Source: a virus
Strand: one strand, 5' to 3'
Virus record (IMG/VR): IMGVR_UViG_3300035698_018616
Length of the DNA stretch: 29,934 nucleotides
Part shown: piece by piece, positions 18,124 through 26,514 of the stretch
Position numbering within the stretch: the first letter of the stretch is position 1
How the letters are laid out: the number at the start of each line of letters is the position of its first letter
The notes under the pieces: model-generated
Database searches by the model: none
What the model saw: the letters and a program-made list of their open reading frames with translations, nothing else
Told to the model about the DNA's origin: nothing
Translations under genes and position numbers: made by a program

Positions 18124-19263
18124 TTACCTCCATTTTATATCTGGCATTATAACTTTAGGATTTATGTTACTCCTATAAGGTTCAAGGTCCTTTAACATCC
18201 CTTCTATTTCTCTTTCCATATCAGTTGTAGGTTCATAGCCGAGATCGAATAGTTTTTGATGGTCTGGTTTATAGTAGTGGTTCTCCACTTCTGTCCTTGG
18301 ATTTGGTATATTGATGATTTCAGTACTATATCCAAGTTCCTGTGCTTTGCTCCATACCATATAAGCCAAGTCTTTCAATGTGTACACTTCCTCGAATTGA
18401 TTTAGAACTCTATATTCTCCTTCTTCTGGTGGATTATCTATAGCTAAGTTAAGACATTGCATTGAATCCTTTAGAGGTAGAAATCCTCTCTTTTGCCCAC
18501 CTGTACCATAGAGAGTAATAGGTTCTCTCGCTATTGCTTGGGAACAGAATCTATTGATGACAGTACCGAAGCATTGGTCATAATCAAAACGAGTATGTAG
18601 TCTTTCATCATTTTCCATTTCAGGTATTTTTGTTCCATATACTACACCTTGCATTATATCAGTTGATTTTAAATTCCATGTCTTACAGGCGAATTGAATA
18701 TTAGTGCTATCATGGACTTTAGTAGCATGATAAAAACTTCCTGGTTGTTTAGGAAATGGTAACATGGACTTCCTACCTTTATATTCTACTTCTATGGGGC
18801 CTTCAGGTATAGCAATGTTTGGAGTGCCATATTCTCCAAGAGTTCCGAGTTTTACCAAATGAGCATTCGGACAATGTTCTTTCATAGCATAGAGTATATT
18901 CAAAGTCCCTATTACATTATTATTGTGAGTATATACAGCCTTGGCATTATTCATCATGGAATAAGGTGCAGAAGGCATTTCAGCTAAATGGACTATAGTA
19001 TCTGGTTGGAAGTTTTTGATATCTCTAGAAATACTAGAATAATTCATAACATTTCCAAAAGTAAAGGTGCCACCAAATTTTCTAATAAGACCTTCTCTAT
19101 CTATCATACTTTTAATGGGTAATAAAGATTCTCCACCCACCTCTCTTACCCATCTCCTACGATCACCAGTATCAATACAGAATACTTCATATCCCTTAGA
19201 CAAAAGATAAAGTGATAGAGACCATCCTAAATATCCATCAGCACCTAAAATACATACACGCAT
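18124..19263 (-). CDS. sqdB: UDP-sulfoquinovose synthase (SqdB/SQD1/Agl3 family)
   Basis: GADGYLGW, HLAEMPSAPYSM, LVKLGTLGEYGTPN, PKQPGSFYHATKVHDS, QGVVYG, RFDYD..FGTVINRFC. Confidence 0.92.
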   Translation of the reverse strand: MRVCILGADGYLGWSLSLYLLSKGYEVFCIDTGDRRRWVREVGGESLLPIKSMIDREGLIRKFGGTFTFGNVMNYSSISRDIKNFQPDTIVHLAEMPSAPYSMMNNAKAVYTHNNNVIGTLNILYAMKEHCPNAHLVKLGTLGEYGTPNIAIPEGPIEVEYKGRKSMLPFPKQPGSFYHATKVHDSTNIQFACKTWNLKSTDIMQGVVYGTKIPEMENDERLHTRFDYDQCFGTVINRFCSQAIAREPITLYGTGGQKRGFLPLKDSMQCLNLAIDNPPEEGEYRVLNQFEEVYTLKDLAYMVWSKAQELGYSTEIINIPNPRTEVENHYYKPDHQKLFDLGYEPTTDMEREIEGMLKDLEPYRSNINPKVIMPDIKWR

Positions 19264-19454
19264 TACAACTCCTCCTTAAACAATTTATCTATATCATCCC
19301 AATCGGATTTTTTCCTATACCACATTTCAAATTCTGGTTTATTCTGCTCTTCCATCCACCAATCACATAAATATTCTTGTTTCCATTTATCTCCAAATAC
19401 AGGTACCATTTCTGATAAATCAACTTCTCTAATATAAACCCCCGGTGCTTTCAT
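19263..19454 (-). CDS. 63-aa mini-protein with tail-sheath-like N-terminal motif and shared C-terminal tag
   Basis: MKAPGVYIREVDLS ... RKKSDWDDIDKLFKEEL*; coupled to both neighbours. Confidence 0.75.
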   Translation of the reverse strand: MKAPGVYIREVDLSEMVPVFGDKWKQEYLCDWWMEEQNKPEFEMWYRKKSDWDDIDKLFKEEL

Positions 19455-19615
19455 CACAACTCCCCTTTTTGTACTGGCATAGTTATACCAGTCGCTAAGA
19501 TTTCATGTACTTCTGTAGGCTCAACCCAGAAAGTGGTATTATCACTGAATGTTATACTGACCTTCAGGGGGGAAATGGAATATTCTTTTATAGTCTTCCC
19601 TTTTAGATCATTCAT
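19454..19615 (-). CDS. 53-aa small protein (not in ORF track)
   Basis: MNDLKGKTIKEYSISPLKVSITFSDNTTFWVEPTEVHEILATGITMPVQKGEL*; ATGA and TGATG overlaps; AAGGAG RBS. Confidence 0.65.
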   Translation of the reverse strand: MNDLKGKTIKEYSISPLKVSITFSDNTTFWVEPTEVHEILATGITMPVQKGEL

Positions 19616-19848
19616 AATTTCTCCTTGAACATTTTATCCACTTCATCCCAATCTGAATTCCTCTTTTTTAGAGTTTTTTGACCCCATATAATAGCTCCAG
19701 GTTCTATAGATATTTCATTATTAGATGCTGGCTGAACCCACGTTATATCACCAGTATCACCAGTACCATCAGCATTTGTTATTGTCCAAGTAGTTGCTGC
19801 CGTTCCAGTATCATTTCCTGTCACGTATGCCGTTCCATCATATTCCAT
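19612..19848 (-). CDS. 78-aa Thr/Gly/Asp-rich mini-protein with shared C-terminal tag
   Basis: MEYDGTAYVTGNDTGTAATTWTITNADGTGDTGD... KKRNSDWDEVDKMFKEKL*; TAATG coupling at 19848. Confidence 0.75.
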   Translation of the reverse strand: MEYDGTAYVTGNDTGTAATTWTITNADGTGDTGDITWVQPASNNEISIEPGAIIWGQKTLKKRNSDWDEVDKMFKEKL

Positions 19849-20666
19849 TAAGTAACTCTCCACATATCAATCATAAAATCATCATTCCTTGGAGGGTTCC
19901 AATATACTTTTCCTGGTTTATATCCATTTAACCTCACAGATCCCCCTTCACCATGTTTTTGCCTTCCTAAATGCTTCATATAGTAACCATTATTTAATTG
20001 CATATATTCTTCCCTGGTTTTATTTCCACCAAATTCCTTTAAACAGCATAATCCATATCCAAGAAAGTAAGTTCCTGTATTCTCCATTACCCATTCAGGT
20101 CCTCTAACAAGGTCACCTTTCAGTATATCATTCATTCTCCAGTGTATATTCTTATCAAAGCTCTTCCAAAAAGGTTTAATATAGGATGCTCTCCATAAGG
20201 CGGGTGTAAATGCCCAATGAGGGTCAGTAACTAAAGGTACACCATCCCTTACTACTTGCTTCTTAGTAAAATAATTCCCTCTCTTCCATGATATGCGTCT
20301 CTTATGAAAAGCTATCTGGTTGATTCCAGGATGTTTGTCCATCAAGTCTACTAATGGGTTCAAATCTAAAGGTTTTATTAGTTCATAATCATCCTCAACA
20401 TTCAGTATATAAGGAGTATTGGTTTGTTCTAATAACCAAGTTAGTGATGGTCCTTGTCCTATAGGTGTTTGGTTAACTTTGGATACATCATATATACCAA
20501 CTTCATTTATATAATCAGTACATTGTTTTGACCATTCTTCATGTAAAGAATCTTCATGTATCAGCCATCGAAATCCTCCATCATATTTCAAGTTCTTCTG
20601 TAGTGCTTCTGTAGTAGTTTTAAGATAATCAGGTCTGGAAGCACTTGTCCTCATTATATCAATCAT
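19848..20666 (-). CDS. GT-A (GT2-like) glycosyltransferase, paralogue of 25744-26496
   Basis: RTSASRPDYL, IHED, PYILNVEDD, WAFTPALWR; start at MIDIMRT by comparison with the paralogue. Confidence 0.8.
   Translation of the reverse strand: MIDIMRTSASRPDYLKTTTEALQKNLKYDGGFRWLIHEDSLHEEWSKQCTDYINEVGIYDVSKVNQTPIGQGPSLTWLLEQTNTPYILNVEDDYELIKPLDLNPLVDLMDKHPGINQIAFHKRRISWKRGNYFTKKQVVRDGVPLVTDPHWAFTPALWRASYIKPFWKSFDKNIHWRMNDILKGDLVRGPEWVMENTGTYFLGYGLCCLKEFGGNKTREEYMQLNNGYYMKHLGRQKHGEGGSVRLNGYKPGKVYWNPPRNDDFMIDMWRVT
20203..20258. repeat. 56-bp perfect direct repeat, copy 1 (copy 2 at 26030-26085)
   Basis: ggtgtaaatgcccaatgagggtcagtaactaaaggtacaccatcccttactacttg is identical at both sites. Confidence 0.92.
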
Positions 20667-21711
20667 TATAGAACACCTGATCACTTGTTCTCATAAACCT
20701 TCTTCCTATAGGTATCTTATCCTGATAGGCCCTTACCTCATCATCGGTTATCTCATCAAGCATCATTTGAATAGCTAAATAAGGCTCACAAAAACCTTTA
20801 TCATATATGTAAGTACTTAGTCTTGGATTAACTTCTATCACTTTATCCCCTATGAACTGAACACCGTTACAATACTTCAATCCTAATTCCTTTGTTATCT
20901 TCTTACACATCTCAACATGGTAGGGAGAATCTACCAATACACCTTTAGAGCTTAGACCGTACTTGGATTCCTCTCTTATCTTTACTGTAACTAATAGAGC
21001 ATCACTATCTTCATTTGCTAATACCATGCAGTCGTATTCGGTCCCTTCTACAAATTCACACAGAAGTAGATCGGGTAATTGATTTTCGTTCTCAAATAGT
21101 TTTATGAAGGTATCCATACTTATATATGGCTTGAATGGCCTCTCTTTAAACAATATATCAATGTCATTCCTATTTTTATCTATTATACGAAACCCTCTTG
21201 AACCCTTACCTATATATGGTTTAAAGCATATCTTTTTACTTGGATATCCTAAATGGAAGGCTCCAGCTTCAAAATCATCAAGGTCATAAGGTGTAAAATA
21301 TTTGGGTATAGGTATATCAGCTTTCTTTAATTTTTCATACAACAAAAGTTTATCTTCAACATCTTTGATAACCTTGTAATCATTAACCATTAACCATTAA
21401 CTTACATCCATTTACAGATTTTATTTGTGGTTTCATAGCTGCTATCTTTGCTATTTCTAAACTTGATTCAGGTATTACAATATCAGGTTTCTCATTAAAT
21501 ATCACATCAAACAATTCTAATTTAAAATAACCATCTGATGCAGGAGGAACTTGATGGAACTTATCAACCATAAATCTACCACTTGCATTTTCATCCATAT
21601 CTGTACCTATAATTTCAATATCACGCTCTTTAAAATAGCCTTGAGTTGTTTGAATAGAGGTATAAAACCTGGTGTTCCACATGCAGTTATTAGTATTTTA
21701 AGATTCTTCAT
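20659..21711 (-). pseudogene. ATP-grasp ligase interrupted by two frameshifts
   Basis: Three frames join: MKNLKILITACGTPG... (21711), KERDIEIIGTDMD...VPPASD...KPDIVIP, and DKLLLY...KPYIGKGSRGFRII...EFVEGTEY...IEVNPR; breaks at 21632-21635 and at the 7-bp repeat 21381-21401. Confidence 0.82.
21381..21401. repeat. 7-bp tandem repeat (CATTAAC) x3
   Basis: cattaac cattaac cattaac read directly. Confidence 0.95.
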
Positions 21712-22192
21712 TGTTAATTAATTCCTCGATTCTTTTCCTTGATTCAGGATGCATTTTCATTTTACTACCATTCTTGTCATACCATTTTTTAACATTCGGA
21801 GTTCCTTGTGCTCTACCCGCACCACACCAATCACAATACATTTCTTTTATATATATCTCCGGTATCTTGAATATCTTAGTGCCACCTCCATCTTCTGGAA
21901 GTATCCACCACTGCCAATGATGCTTATTTCTTTTCTGATGAAGTAACCAAGCGTAGTCGAATTTACTATCACCTGTATCGGTTGGTTTATAATAACCCGT
22001 TTCATCTCTACCTTTATTGATATCGCTTTTCATTGTACCATAGAAGTAGTTCGCATAAGGGAACAACTCACTTGGGAGAAATTTACTCCAATCATGTATG
22101 ATACCTCTCCATACTATACCTTGTTTACAGCAGGCAAGGAAAACAAACCACTTATGCCTCAATAAGTAAGATAAATATTTAAGATGCTTCAT
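21698..22192 (-). CDS. DUF5662-like HD-type phage protein
   Basis: RHKWFV, GIIHDWSKFLPSE, AWLLHQKRNKHHWQWW, EMYCDWCGAGR. Confidence 0.75.
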   Translation of the reverse strand: MKHLKYLSYLLRHKWFVFLACCKQGIVWRGIIHDWSKFLPSELFPYANYFYGTMKSDINKGRDETGYYKPTDTGDSKFDYAWLLHQKRNKHHWQWWILPEDGGGTKIFKIPEIYIKEMYCDWCGAGRAQGTPNVKKWYDKNGSKMKMHPESRKRIEELINNEES

Positions 22193-22346
22193 TGCCCTCT
22201 CTTACTAGCTTTATACCGATATAATCAGCAGGCGTTAGTCCATTTTTATGAAACACATGGCTAATTTTATATGATTGAAGCCATTGTTTTTCAAATTCCG
22301 TTTCTGGTAATATCATTAAGCTATTGTTTATAATTTCAGTTTTCAT
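22179..22346 (-). CDS. 55-aa small protein (not in ORF track)
   Basis: MKTEIINNSLMILPETEFEKQWLQSYKISHVFHKNGLTPADYIGIKLVREGNEAS*; ATGA overlap; GAGG RBS. Confidence 0.65.
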   Translation of the reverse strand: MKTEIINNSLMILPETEFEKQWLQSYKISHVFHKNGLTPADYIGIKLVREGNEAS

Positions 22347-22519
22347 AGCTCTTCCTCAAATAATTTATTAATATCTCCCCACTCATCTTTTGGAGACCAT
22401 ACTATAACTCTATGAAGATAATCCAATAATATTTTTACATTCTTCCTATCTAATCGAGGATTCCAAATATCTTGTAATATTCTTCTTCTTACATCTGTTA
22501 AAGGAACCGTATCCTCCAT
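22343..22519 (-). CDS. 58-aa mini-protein with shared C-terminal tag (not in ORF track)
   Basis: MEDTVPLTDVRRRILQDIWNPRLDRKNVKILLDYLHRVIVWSPKDEWGDINKLFEEEL*; starts immediately after the upstream TGA. Confidence 0.72.
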   Translation of the reverse strand: MEDTVPLTDVRRRILQDIWNPRLDRKNVKILLDYLHRVIVWSPKDEWGDINKLFEEEL

Positions 22520-23443
22520 TCATATACCCCACTTCCTCACTATCTCTTTACCTTCTGACATATTACTTATATGATTATACAATTCTTTTATCCTTATCGT
22601 GTCTGTATGGCTTTTTAAGAACTCATTATAACCATTTTTACTTATTATATCACATTCATCCTTATTGTCAAGTATCCATTTTCCCTTTTCTGCTATATTA
22701 CTACAATCATCTCTATATTTAACCATACAATCTTCTGATAGAAAGTTATGATCAAAACCAGGACTTAGTAATGTAGAACCGGACGCCATAATTTCAAACA
22801 TTTTGGCATGCGGACTTCTTATACCAGAGTTACCTAACATTGTGTCTGTGAGCATTGCTCTATGTAGCCTTAAAAATGGAGCATATTTGATACCCCCAAT
22901 CTTACCACCATTGTTTATAAGGTTTTCTTGTTCTAATAATTCTATTGCTTTACTTCTTTGGGTATAAGAAGAGGAAGAAGTAGTTCCGGTGAACCCTACT
23001 TTAGGTATTTTCCATTTGGTGGGATAGAATTCTTTCTCGTCAGCTGAATAGGGAACCCACACAGAAGGAATGCCTATATGTTTTTGAAAGGACTCAATAT
23101 CGTATACCCCTCTTTGTATAACGATGTCAAACTGATTATTCTTATACCAATAGAATTTATTCCTTTCTACAATTTTCCTATAATCCACTGCTATCATTAC
23201 CTTCAGACAAGGAATATCCTTCAAGTAACCATCCAATACATCGCTATGAGCTAAGAGTAACATAGCATCAGGTTTGTAATCAGAGTATAATTCTTCAGCT
23301 GAATATATGATACCATCTTTGCTATAGGCTTTGACACCATAATAATCACATAAAGTATTGAGTTTATTGACAAATCCTATATTGATACGATAATTTATTT
23401 TAGTATCTGGATCATGTTCTGGTAATATGGATACTATTCTCAT
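22520..23443 (-). CDS. GT-B glycosyltransferase (CgeB-like)
   Basis: WVPYSAD, KVGFTG, YTQR, HAKMFEIMASGSTLLS, ISKNGY...HT. Confidence 0.82.
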   Translation of the reverse strand: MRIVSILPEHDPDTKINYRINIGFVNKLNTLCDYYGVKAYSKDGIIYSAEELYSDYKPDAMLLLAHSDVLDGYLKDIPCLKVMIAVDYRKIVERNKFYWYKNNQFDIVIQRGVYDIESFQKHIGIPSVWVPYSADEKEFYPTKWKIPKVGFTGTTSSSSYTQRSKAIELLEQENLINNGGKIGGIKYAPFLRLHRAMLTDTMLGNSGIRSPHAKMFEIMASGSTLLSPGFDHNFLSEDCMVKYRDDCSNIAEKGKWILDNKDECDIISKNGYNEFLKSHTDTIRIKELYNHISNMSEGKEIVRKWGI

Positions 23444-24753
23444 TTCTTAGTAATTTTCCATATACATCTTGGTGAACGTGTGCTATCTATACCTTGAAGG
23501 TTGTGCTTCCATCCTCTCTTTTCTATTTGAGCTATAATCTCTTTAACATGAGGGGTTTCTTCTCCTTGTGGGGCATTATTTGATTCAATATAGCATTCAT
23601 GCCATTTTAACCTTTCTAATACTTCAAACATCTTTTCCTTAATGTGTTTATAAAGACTAAGGGCAAATATAATATTGATAGGTCTTTTTGTTTGCTTGAA
23701 AAATGAATTAATGTATATAACCACATCATCAACCTTAGTTAAGTCCTTACACATATAGTTGATATTATACCCGTTATGTCTTGCCAAATCCCTTGCACAA
23801 TCTATATAATCAGCTTCATTATCAAGACCCATAACATGGCGAGCACCTCTTTTCCAACACTCACAAGCTACTGAACCAAGGTTACATCCTAAATCCAGTA
23901 TTGAATAATCATTTATCTCTTCCGGTATACCCATTACTTTCATTCTCTCATTAGTATTTCTTGCACCCACTACTTCTTCCCCATCAAGATAATATGACTG
24001 ATAATTTTCCTTCCTTTCCTTGTGAGGAAATTGCGTAAGTTTAGCAATCTTCTCCTTTAATTCTTCCATATCATTCTCCTTATATTCAATTTGCTTCCAT
24101 GAATCCTTCGGTAAATCCTTTAGTGTCATCATATCATAAAGTGAGCGTCGAATATCTATAATATACCCATCTATAACATTATCTTCCTTTCGCATATCTC
24201 CTTTAGCACTATCACTTATATTCAATAATGGTAATATGTGATTTGTAAACCTATCAGGTAATGGTATATCGGAACTATAATAACCATAATTACTGGGCTT
24301 TTCTGTAAAGGTGTAATGCCCAGTTTCATTTATCCCATAAGCATTTCTCATATAATAGCCAAAAACTCCTTTAGAATCACATACAGTTGTTCCAGGATAA
24401 AAATCTGACACCATATTCTTTACATAGAACATTCCCTTTATAGGTGGTGCAAGTACTAATTCAGCTAAACCCTTAAATATAAGATACTCATTCATAATGG
24501 ACTGCAATGATCTCTTATCCCAATATCTATTATTATCATTGAATGTTTTATCTTGTATTTCTTTTGCTTGTTCGCCCTTATCCCAATCACGAAATGATGT
24601 TATCTTACCATTATAGCTCCACGGTATTTTCATTTCGGGCTTTGGAATCCATATACTATGCTTACCTTTCACTATACTAAAAAACTCCCCGTCTATAGTT
24701 ATACCGTTTCCTTCTATTATCACCTCATTGTAGATCTTCTTGATTAACTTCAA
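23440..24753 (-). CDS. kinase-like domain fused to SAM methyltransferase (WbdD-like, reversed domain order)
   Basis: C-terminal ILDLGCNLG, VMGLD, IIFALSLYKH; N-terminal NEYLIFKGLAELVLAP, GYYM, GDMRKEDNV, YIID resemble a protein-kinase-like fold. Confidence 0.7.
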   Translation of the reverse strand: MKLIKKIYNEVIIEGNGITIDGEFFSIVKGKHSIWIPKPEMKIPWSYNGKITSFRDWDKGEQAKEIQDKTFNDNNRYWDKRSLQSIMNEYLIFKGLAELVLAPPIKGMFYVKNMVSDFYPGTTVCDSKGVFGYYMRNAYGINETGHYTFTEKPSNYGYYSSDIPLPDRFTNHILPLLNISDSAKGDMRKEDNVIDGYIIDIRRSLYDMMTLKDLPKDSWKQIEYKENDMEELKEKIAKLTQFPHKERKENYQSYYLDGEEVVGARNTNERMKVMGIPEEINDYSILDLGCNLGSVACECWKRGARHVMGLDNEADYIDCARDLARHNGYNINYMCKDLTKVDDVVIYINSFFKQTKRPINIIFALSLYKHIKEKMFEVLERLKWHECYIESNNAPQGEETPHVKEIIAQIEKRGWKHNLQGIDSTRSPRCIWKITKK

Positions 24754-24754
24754 T

Positions 24755-25726
24755 TTATATAGTCTCCTTTATATCCTTTTTGTATATAGGTAAAGTTTCT
24801 CCACCTTCAAAGTAATTCAATACACTCTGTACCCTTTCCTTTGTTGAATGATACTTCTGACAAAAATCAAATCCTTGTCTCCGTATCTTATCACCTTCTT
24901 TAGGTTCCTTTATAACATACTTATCATATTGCTCTTTTAAATGCTGAGCATTATCTCTCTTATAAGGAATATAATGCATTTCAGGTTCAAAAAATGTATC
25001 CATTGCTTCACATTGATCATGAAAATAAAGAGCACCTGCTCCACAATATTGAAAAGGTCTAACGTCCTGATAAAGAGGAATGTTTACACCCATCTGCATA
25101 CCAAGTACGGATTTAGCAGAAGATGAAAGTTCTGCTGTCTGAAAACGAGTATTACCTGTTTGTGGTGTTGGATAAACCTTTATATTGATAAGTCTTTTGA
25201 GTTGTTGTATAAACATTCTCCTTGGTCCATGATGAGTAGAAGAATCAAGATCACCTGTAAATGCCATATCACAATTATAACGTGGATCAGAATCAGCTAT
25301 ATCTTTTTGATAAAATGCCATATAAGGCCAATGTATAGTAGGTATCCTCCATATGTTAGAGAACTTTTGATAGTCACCGTGATTAACAAGCCCAAGGTCA
25401 ACCCACTGATCAATTGGTTTTGGATAACGGGGTATTTCTCGAGAGTCCCCCATGTGATACAATACCTTTGTTCCCATTCTTCTACGCATTTCACTAAGCA
25501 TTTGTAACACATCATGTCTCAATGGTCCAAAAATCATATGACAAAAAATAAAATCGGGCTTGAACCAATCTAATTCCAGTTTGATGTCATGCGTAGACCT
25601 ATTAACAAGTTGAACAGTTTTAGCCCAACATCCACAACGTATAGCTCCTTCGAGTGTGCCATATAGAAAGGCACTATAATAATTCTGTATATTACCAAGT
25701 ATAACAATTCTTTTCGGACGTAACAT
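24755..25726 (-). CDS. GT-B glycosyltransferase (CgeB-like)
   Basis: FKPDFIF, HMGD, DMAFTG, DVRPFQYCGAGALYF, FFEPEMHYIPY, IRRQG...HSTKERV. Confidence 0.82.
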   Translation of the reverse strand: MLRPKRIVILGNIQNYYSAFLYGTLEGAIRCGCWAKTVQLVNRSTHDIKLELDWFKPDFIFCHMIFGPLRHDVLQMLSEMRRRMGTKVLYHMGDSREIPRYPKPIDQWVDLGLVNHGDYQKFSNIWRIPTIHWPYMAFYQKDIADSDPRYNCDMAFTGDLDSSTHHGPRRMFIQQLKRLINIKVYPTPQTGNTRFQTAELSSSAKSVLGMQMGVNIPLYQDVRPFQYCGAGALYFHDQCEAMDTFFEPEMHYIPYKRDNAQHLKEQYDKYVIKEPKEGDKIRRQGFDFCQKYHSTKERVQSVLNYFEGGETLPIYKKDIKETI

Positions 25727-25743
25727 AATCCCTCCTCTTTATA

Positions 25744-26496
25744 TTACCCTTTATACCTTCCATGCCTGATAGAACCATCCCCAGTTCCTAAATGGAAGTG
25801 ATACCGTCCATCATCACAATTTAAAGCTTCTTCTTTTGTGAATCCATGATCTTTCATAAGCATATCAATATGTCTTATGCAACCTAACCAATAGGTCCCT
25901 GTGTTAGCAATTACCCAATCAGCATCTCTCATGCCTCTACCACCTTTTAATACCTCATTCATTTTCCAATGCACATTATCAGCAAAACTTACCCATTTAG
26001 GCTTCAAATAGCTTAACCTAAATAAAGAAGGTGTAAATGCCCAATGAGGGTCAGTAACTAAAGGTACACCATCCCTTACTACTTGTTTTTTAACGAAGCC
26101 TGGTTTCTCATGCATTATGGTTCTCTTATGAAATCCTATTTGGTTGATATCGGGATTATTATCCATCAAGTTACATAATGATTCTATATCAATTTCTTTT
26201 ATAGGGTCTTGGTCATCCTCCCAATTTAATACATAAGGTGTTTTGCATTTACCTAATAACCATCCGAGTGAAGCTCCTTGCCCTATAGGTGGATTATGTC
26301 TTTCTATTACACTGTATACACCACTCTCCTTAGCATATCTAATACATTCATCTGACCTTCCACCATCTATTTGATCTTCATGAACCATCCAACGAAAATT
26401 CACCGTTGGTTTTAAGAACTTTACCATTGACTCTGTTGATATCCTTAGATAATCAGGTCTAGATGCTGAAGTTCTCATTATATCTACATCTCTCAT
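25744..26496 (-). CDS. GT-A (GT2-like) glycosyltransferase, paralogue of 19848-20666
   Basis: RTSASRPDYL, VHED, PYVLNWEDD, WAFTPSLFR. Confidence 0.8.
   Translation of the reverse strand: MRDVDIMRTSASRPDYLRISTESMVKFLKPTVNFRWMVHEDQIDGGRSDECIRYAKESGVYSVIERHNPPIGQGASLGWLLGKCKTPYVLNWEDDQDPIKEIDIESLCNLMDNNPDINQIGFHKRTIMHEKPGFVKKQVVRDGVPLVTDPHWAFTPSLFRLSYLKPKWVSFADNVHWKMNEVLKGGRGMRDADWVIANTGTYWLGCIRHIDMLMKDHGFTKEEALNCDDGRYHFHLGTGDGSIRHGRYKG
26030..26085. repeat. 56-bp perfect direct repeat, copy 2
   Basis: Identical to 20203-20258. Confidence 0.92.
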
Positions 26497-26514
26497 AATT
26501 TTTTTCTCCTTTTA

